Below are positions 5,971 through 10,405 of a stretch of DNA of 10,405 bases, piece by piece. Origin of the DNA: Candidatus Micrarchaeota archaeon (GTDB lineage: Archaea; Micrarchaeota; Micrarchaeia; Anstonellales; Bilamarchaeaceae). The stretch lies in the NCBI GenBank assembly GCA_037440825.1, contig JBBITJ010000016.1:1-10405 (forward strand), given 5' to 3'. A model generated the notes under the pieces. That model did not search any database. It was not told the origin of the DNA and worked only from the letters and a program-made list of their open reading frames with translations. The position numbers were made by a program, and so were the translations under genes. Position 1 is the first letter of the stretch. Every line of letters begins with the position of its first letter.

Positions 5971-7356
5971 ATGGTCGAGCCAGACTTGTCCAAATACTAT
6001 TTCAAAACCCCTGAAAAGCCCGTGTTCAGGCTTCCGAAGGGGCTGAGCGAGAATACTGTAAAGGAAATCTCGGCTGAGAAGGGCGAGCCAGACTGGATGC
6101 TCAAGAAAAGGCTGGATGCATACAATCTATTCGTCCGCCTCCCCATGCCCGCCTACGGCCCGGATCTCTCGCATCTGGACTTCAACGAGATAACATATTA
6201 CATAAAACCCAGCCAGCAGAAGGCGCGGAAATGGGAGGATGTTCCGAAGGAGATAAAGGACACGTTCGAAAAACTCGGAGTACCTGAATCCGAACGCAAG
6301 TTTCTCGCCGGAGTGGAAGCGATGTTCGAGAGCGAGGCGGTCTACCATGGCTTGCGCAAGGAATGGGCTGAGAAAGGCATCATTTTCACGGACACAGATA
6401 CCGCTGTGCGCGAATACCCGGAAATTGTAAAGAAGCATTTCGGAACCGTGGTTTCCCCTGCTGACAACAAGTTCTCGGCCCTGAACACCGCAGTGTGGAG
6501 CGGAGGCAGCTTCCTCATCATTCCTAAAAACGTGAAATTGGAAATCCCTGTGCAGGCGTATTTCCGCATAAATGCAAAAGCGTTCGGGCAATTCGAAAGG
6601 ACGATGATCGTATTGGAAGAAGGCAGCAAAGTCCATTATACAGAGGGTTGCACCGCGCCTATCTATTCAGAAGCTTCCCTGCACGCAGCAGTGGTGGAAT
6701 GCATCGCGAAGAAGGATTCGCACCTTCGCTACACCACCATACAGAACTGGAGCACGAACATCTACAACCTCGTCACGAAAAGGGCGTTCGCTTACGAAAA
6801 TGCGCTCGTGGAATGGGTGGACGGCAACATAGGTTCAGGGATAAACATGAAATATCCCGCAGTCTATCTCAAAGGCAGGAACTCCCGTGCTGAATTCCTC
6901 TCCATCGCCTATGCAGGCAAGGGGCAATACCAGGACGCAGGCGCTCGCGCGATCCACGAGGCGCCTGACACCACATCAGTGATAAACAGCAAGAACATCG
7001 CCAAGAACGGCGGCATTACCGCATTCCGGGGCACGGTGCGTTTTTCCCCTGAAGCGAAAGGCGCCAAGAGCAGCGTGAAGTGCGACGCCCTTCTCCTAGA
7101 TTCCATTTCGAAGAACATCACCCATCCCGCCTTGCAGACTTCCCAGCCGCACGCCACGCTCACGCATGAGGCAAGAGTAGGAAAAATAAGCGAGGAACAA
7201 GTCTTTTATCTCATGAGCAGGGGGCTTTCCGAGGATGAAGCCACATCCCTTATAGTGCTCGGATTCATAGAGCAGTTCATGAAGGAGCTTCCGCTGGAAT
7301 ACGCAGTAGAATTCAACAGGCTCGTGCAGCTCGAAGTGGAAAAGAAGCTGGGATAA
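5971..7356 (+). CDS. sufB: Fe-S cluster assembly scaffold SufB
   Basis: ISAEKGEPDWML..RL, DNKFSALNTAVWSGGSF, QAYFRIN...GQFERT, EGCTAP, LHAAVVE, QNWS..IYNLVTKR, KCDALL, HEA.VGKISEEQ.FYLMSRG, ELPLEYAVE. Confidence 0.98.
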   Translation: MVEPDLSKYYFKTPEKPVFRLPKGLSENTVKEISAEKGEPDWMLKKRLDAYNLFVRLPMPAYGPDLSHLDFNEITYYIKPSQQKARKWEDVPKEIKDTFEKLGVPESERKFLAGVEAMFESEAVYHGLRKEWAEKGIIFTDTDTAVREYPEIVKKHFGTVVSPADNKFSALNTAVWSGGSFLIIPKNVKLEIPVQAYFRINAKAFGQFERTMIVLEEGSKVHYTEGCTAPIYSEASLHAAVVECIAKKDSHLRYTTIQNWSTNIYNLVTKRAFAYENALVEWVDGNIGSGINMKYPAVYLKGRNSRAEFLSIAYAGKGQYQDAGARAIHEAPDTTSVINSKNIAKNGGITAFRGTVRFSPEAKGAKSSVKCDALLLDSISKNITHPALQTSQPHATLTHEARVGKISEEQVFYLMSRGLSEDEATSLIVLGFIEQFMKELPLEYAVEFNRLVQLEVEKKLG

Positions 7357-7997
7357 TGATGAAAATTTACAATTCGAAATGGAGCGCCGCAGAAACGGAC
7401 GGCAATTCGGTCAGGGTTCCTACAGGCAAATCCGCCTCTGTTCTAGTCGTGCATCAGGCAGGAAAGAATTCGCTCTCCTATGAATTGGGCGCAGGCTCCA
7501 CCCTGATTCTATTCAATTTCTATGGAAAAGGGTGCGAAGTCCGCAGCAGCTTCTCGCTTTCCGAGAACAGCAGGCTGGAAATCCGCGACCTCTTTACAGG
7601 GGGCGCTAAAGCCGACATCTCGATTCCAATGGAGAAAAAAGGGTGCATGTTGGATCTGCTCGCGAAAGGGATAATAGAGGACAAACAGTTCTCATCCTAT
7701 TCCGCGCTCGCGTCCGTAGGGAAGCACGCATCAGGCGCGAACGTCAATTTGGAGGAGCATGCTTATCTATTGGGCGAAGGCGCGCGCGCCACTCTCGTTC
7801 CCGGTTTGGAGATCATCAATAACGACGTGAGCGCAAGGCATGCGTCCAGCATGCGCGAGCTGGACGAGGAACAGCTCTTCTATCTGATGAGCAGGGGGCT
7901 TTCCAGGGAAGAGGCGAAAAATGAAATCCTTTCAGGCTTCGTGATGCATGAAAAGGAGAGGGTAAAGGAGCTGTTCGGCTACAGCGTGGAACTATGA
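7356..7997 (+). CDS. sufD: SufD-like protein (short, mostly the C-terminal beta-helix and helical domain)
   Basis: 'LL.EGARA..VPGLEI.NNDV.ARHASS...LDEEQLFYLMSRGLSREEAK..IL.GF'; TAATG overlap with the sufB stop. Confidence 0.88.
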   Translation: MMKIYNSKWSAAETDGNSVRVPTGKSASVLVVHQAGKNSLSYELGAGSTLILFNFYGKGCEVRSSFSLSENSRLEIRDLFTGGAKADISIPMEKKGCMLDLLAKGIIEDKQFSSYSALASVGKHASGANVNLEEHAYLLGEGARATLVPGLEIINNDVSARHASSMRELDEEQLFYLMSRGLSREEAKNEILSGFVMHEKERVKELFGYSVEL

Positions 7998-8359
7998 AAG
8001 TTCTTGTGTTCGGAAACCCTCTGGTTCCAGAAGACTCCCTTGCGCTCAAAGTCGCGGAAAAACTTAAAGGAAATTTCGAATTCAAAATCCTAGAAGCAGT
8101 GGAAGATATAGAAAATGAGGGCAGGAACCCGGTAATCCTGGACGTTGCGGAAGGCATCAAAAAACCCGTCCTCATCTCGGATTTGGAAAAGCTCCATACG
8201 AACCCTATCTACTCCATGCACGATTTCGACATCTCGCTCGCGCTCAAATTGCTAAAGAAGATAGGAAAAATCGATTCGGTGCGCATAGTAGCCATTCCAA
8301 TCGGCTATCCCATGGAAAAAGCGACAAAAGAATCCGAAAAGCTCCTCAATTCCCTCTAG
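7994..8359 (+). CDS. Hydrogenase maturation protease-like protein (HybD/HycI fold), compact
   Basis: MKVLVFGNPLVPEDS (cf. GN.L..DD/DE), VILDVA (Asp), YSMHDF (His): the three metal-binding positions are present. ATGA overlap with sufD; abuts the hydrogenase large subunit gene. Confidence 0.8.
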   Translation: MKVLVFGNPLVPEDSLALKVAEKLKGNFEFKILEAVEDIENEGRNPVILDVAEGIKKPVLISDLEKLHTNPIYSMHDFDISLALKLLKKIGKIDSVRIVAIPIGYPMEKATKESEKLLNSL

Positions 8360-9652
8360 CTACCTCCACTTTACTTTCAAAAAGTTGGTAGCGCAGCTCA
8401 TGCAGGGATCGTACGCCCTTATGAGCATCTCCATGCCCCTCTTTATCTCGTCCTTATTCGCCCCTGCATCCAGCTTCTCCTGCACCACCTGCCCCAGATC
8501 CCTCTCCATTTTCACTTGGTTTTGCGCCGTAGGTATGACCAGATTGGCGTATTCTATCTGCCCTCCGCTGTTCGTTATTATCTTATGGTAAAGCAGCCCC
8601 CTCGGAGCTTCAACAACCCCTATTCCGACGCCCTTCCGTATCTGCGCCTTCTGCACAGGCTCCTGTTTGAATTCCATCGTTTCGAGCATCTCTATCGAAA
8701 CATCTATTCCGTGCACAATTTCTATTGCCTGCGCCACGTTATTGTCGAACATGTTGAGCGACGGAAAACGCCCCAGGTATTTCTTCACGTCTTTCTTCGT
8801 TTCCCTGTGGAGCGCCCTCTTGTTGTAATTCATCCTAGCCAGCGCGCCAACTATGTAAGGCTTGTCCTTGTAGGTGAATCCCCTAGCTTGCGAATAAGGT
8901 ATGACCACCTTTTCCAGGTAATGGTCGAACGCGCTTTTGAGTATGCATCCCTGCCCGTCCCCGCATATTTCCCCCTGCACGTAATCGTAATCGTCATTGG
9001 TGAGCGCAACGAAATAGGTGTCGGATTTGAGCTTGAAATCCGCATTAGCGAATATCTCTATGAATTCCAGCGCGGCTTCCCTCACCTTCTTCAGCTCGGC
9101 TATGCTCTTCTTCACGTCCTCGTTCGTGGGCACCCTGAGGAATCCGCCCACCAATGGAAGAGGGGAGTGGATTGCCCTCCCTCCTATCATGGTCGCGAGC
9201 CTGTTCCCCGCGCCCTTCACTTCGAACGCCTTGTGGAGCAGCTCATGCTGGCTTTCGTCGAATTCCAAAACCGAGTCCTTGTTGAAATAATCCGGAAGGC
9301 AGAATAGATAGAGGTGCATTGCATGGTCCCTTATGTACGTGCCGTGCATGAGCAGCTTCCTCATATCCACGGTCTGCTCGCTCGGAACCAGCTCGAACGC
9401 GTTCTCCACGGCTTCTATTGACGCGAGCATGTGCGCCACGCTGCACGTTCCGCAAATCCTCGAAAGAGTTTGAGGCGCAGCGAGCGCATGCTTCCCTATT
9501 ATTGCCTCACTGAAGAACCTCTTGTTCTCGCTTATCACCAGCTTGGCGTCCTTCACCTTGCCTTTTTGCACCTTCACTTCGAGCTCGGCATGGCCCTCTA
9601 TCTTGCTCAGGTCCTCCACGCCTATGGAGAAATCAGCGTCAACTTCATGCAT
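8360..9652 (-). CDS. [NiFe]-hydrogenase large subunit, group 3 (3b-like)
   Basis: KIEGH, RICGTCSVAH, GGRAIH, VGALAR, EAPRGLLYH, PTAQN, RAYDPCMSC: all four Ni-binding Cys present; 430 aa as for group 3b alpha subunits. Confidence 0.95.
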   Translation of the reverse strand: MHEVDADFSIGVEDLSKIEGHAELEVKVQKGKVKDAKLVISENKRFFSEAIIGKHALAAPQTLSRICGTCSVAHMLASIEAVENAFELVPSEQTVDMRKLLMHGTYIRDHAMHLYLFCLPDYFNKDSVLEFDESQHELLHKAFEVKGAGNRLATMIGGRAIHSPLPLVGGFLRVPTNEDVKKSIAELKKVREAALEFIEIFANADFKLKSDTYFVALTNDDYDYVQGEICGDGQGCILKSAFDHYLEKVVIPYSQARGFTYKDKPYIVGALARMNYNKRALHRETKKDVKKYLGRFPSLNMFDNNVAQAIEIVHGIDVSIEMLETMEFKQEPVQKAQIRKGVGIGVVEAPRGLLYHKIITNSGGQIEYANLVIPTAQNQVKMERDLGQVVQEKLDAGANKDEIKRGMEMLIRAYDPCMSCATNFLKVKWR

Positions 9653-9688
9653 AGGTGTTCCCAGTCTTCGGTTTCCCGTCTTGCCTCA

Positions 9689-10168
9689 TCATTCTACTCC
9701 GAATTCCTTCAAGTACTTGTCCATTATCGCCAGAAATGTTTTTTCGTCCATGGGGCAGCCGGGCACCTCCATGTCCACATTGACGAATTTCTTCACAGGC
9801 TCCACTTTGTCATTCAGCCCGTGCAATTTGAGGAACGGCTGTATCTTCTCCATCTGCTCCTCGCTGAACGTGTTACGCTGCGCCGAAGGCAATCCAGTGA
9901 CGGCGCACGCTCCGACCGCTACGAGCTTTTTGGAATTGGCGCGTATCTTCTCCAGCTTTTCAACCTCCTTCTTCCCGCTTATCGCGCCTTCCACGAACGC
10001 CACGTCCAGGTCCTTCAGCTCGTTTTTGGACCTGAGCATCTTCGCGTGCACGAAATCCAGCTTCCTTATCCATTCCGCGTGGCGCTCGTTCATCAGCTCT
10101 AGGAACACGATTGTATTGTCCTCTGAACAAGTAAATGTAAACCAGCCTACGCGGAGTTTTTTCTGCAT
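9689..10168 (-). CDS. [NiFe]-hydrogenase small subunit, truncated single-cluster form (HoxY/NuoB-like domain only)
   Basis: D.AFVEGAI, LVAVGACA.TG, VD..VPGCP; 159 aa; directly upstream of the large subunit. Confidence 0.92.
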   Translation of the reverse strand: MQKKLRVGWFTFTCSEDNTIVFLELMNERHAEWIRKLDFVHAKMLRSKNELKDLDVAFVEGAISGKKEVEKLEKIRANSKKLVAVGACAVTGLPSAQRNTFSEEQMEKIQPFLKLHGLNDKVEPVKKFVNVDMEVPGCPMDEKTFLAIMDKYLKEFGVE

Positions 10169-10187
10169 GCCTGCGCTTCTCAGATAA

Positions 10188-10197
10188 CTATTTTAAG
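10188..10197. promoter_or_regulatory. Central AT-rich element, candidate bidirectional TATA box
   Basis: CTATTTTAAG in the middle of a 55-bp gap, roughly 20-30 nt from both divergent ATGs (10168 minus, 10224 plus). Confidence 0.5.
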
Positions 10198-10223
10198 CAC
10201 TTCTGGTCGAGTAAGCGCTTGCC

Positions 10224-10405
10224 ATGAAAGACGCGCACATAGCGGGCGTAATGAAGAGCCATTGCTGCAAGGCAGTTTTCATCCTCGCCTTCTTCGGAGC
10301 TTATTTCCTCGTCCCTGAGAAGGTCTTCTACGACGGCTACGCAATCCTCGGATTTGCGTTCATGCTGTCCTTTGCGGCAGTGTTCACCTGCCTGATAAGG
10401 AACCT
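10224..10405 (+). CDS. Hypothetical integral membrane protein (3'-partial)
   Basis: Manual translation: MKDAHIAGVMKSHCCKAVFILAFFGAYFLVPEKVFYDGYAILGFAFMLSFAAVFTCLIRN..., open to the window end, with two hydrophobic stretches. Confidence 0.75.
   Translation, partial: MKDAHIAGVMKSHCCKAVFILAFFGAYFLVPEKVFYDGYAILGFAFMLSFAAVFTCLIRN

Noticed and set aside
7204..7903. Near-identical DNA encoding FYLMSRGLS in sufB and sufD
   Set aside because: Explained by SufB/SufD paralogy and protein-level conservation, not a mobile repeat.
8384..8410. Selenocysteine ([NiFeSe]) recoding in the large subunit
   Set aside because: Both C-terminal ligands are TGC Cys codons; no in-frame TGA.
3643..10187. Antisense ORFs over the suf and hydrogenase genes (e.g. 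3764-4339, 6127-6636, 8516-9307, 9431-10102)
   Set aside because: They lie opposite well-supported genes and have shadow-like composition.

Overview
Archaeal window, probably from a DPANN lineage such as Micrarchaeota (inferred from gene order, GGTGA-type SD sites, TATA-type promoters and divergent r-proteins). From left to right it contains: the 3' end of an apparently truncated LamG/concanavalin-like ORF; the archaeal alpha operon rps13-rps4-rps11-rpoD; a ~215-nt densely structured non-coding segment that matches no RNA family I recognise; tRNA-Leu(GAG) and tRNA-Gly(TCC); and a complete bacterial-type SUF Fe-S system split into divergent arms (sufC-sufS-sufU on minus; sufB-sufD plus a hydrogenase-maturation-protease-like gene on plus). 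That arm meets, tail to tail, a two-gene group 3-like [NiFe]-hydrogenase, which shares a 55-bp promoter region with a divergent membrane-protein gene. The best leads are the orphan multi-hairpin RNA ahead of the tRNAs and the minimal hydrogenase. Its small subunit has room for one cluster with a CxxD motif, and its large subunit has both canonical C-terminal Mg-site ligands substituted.
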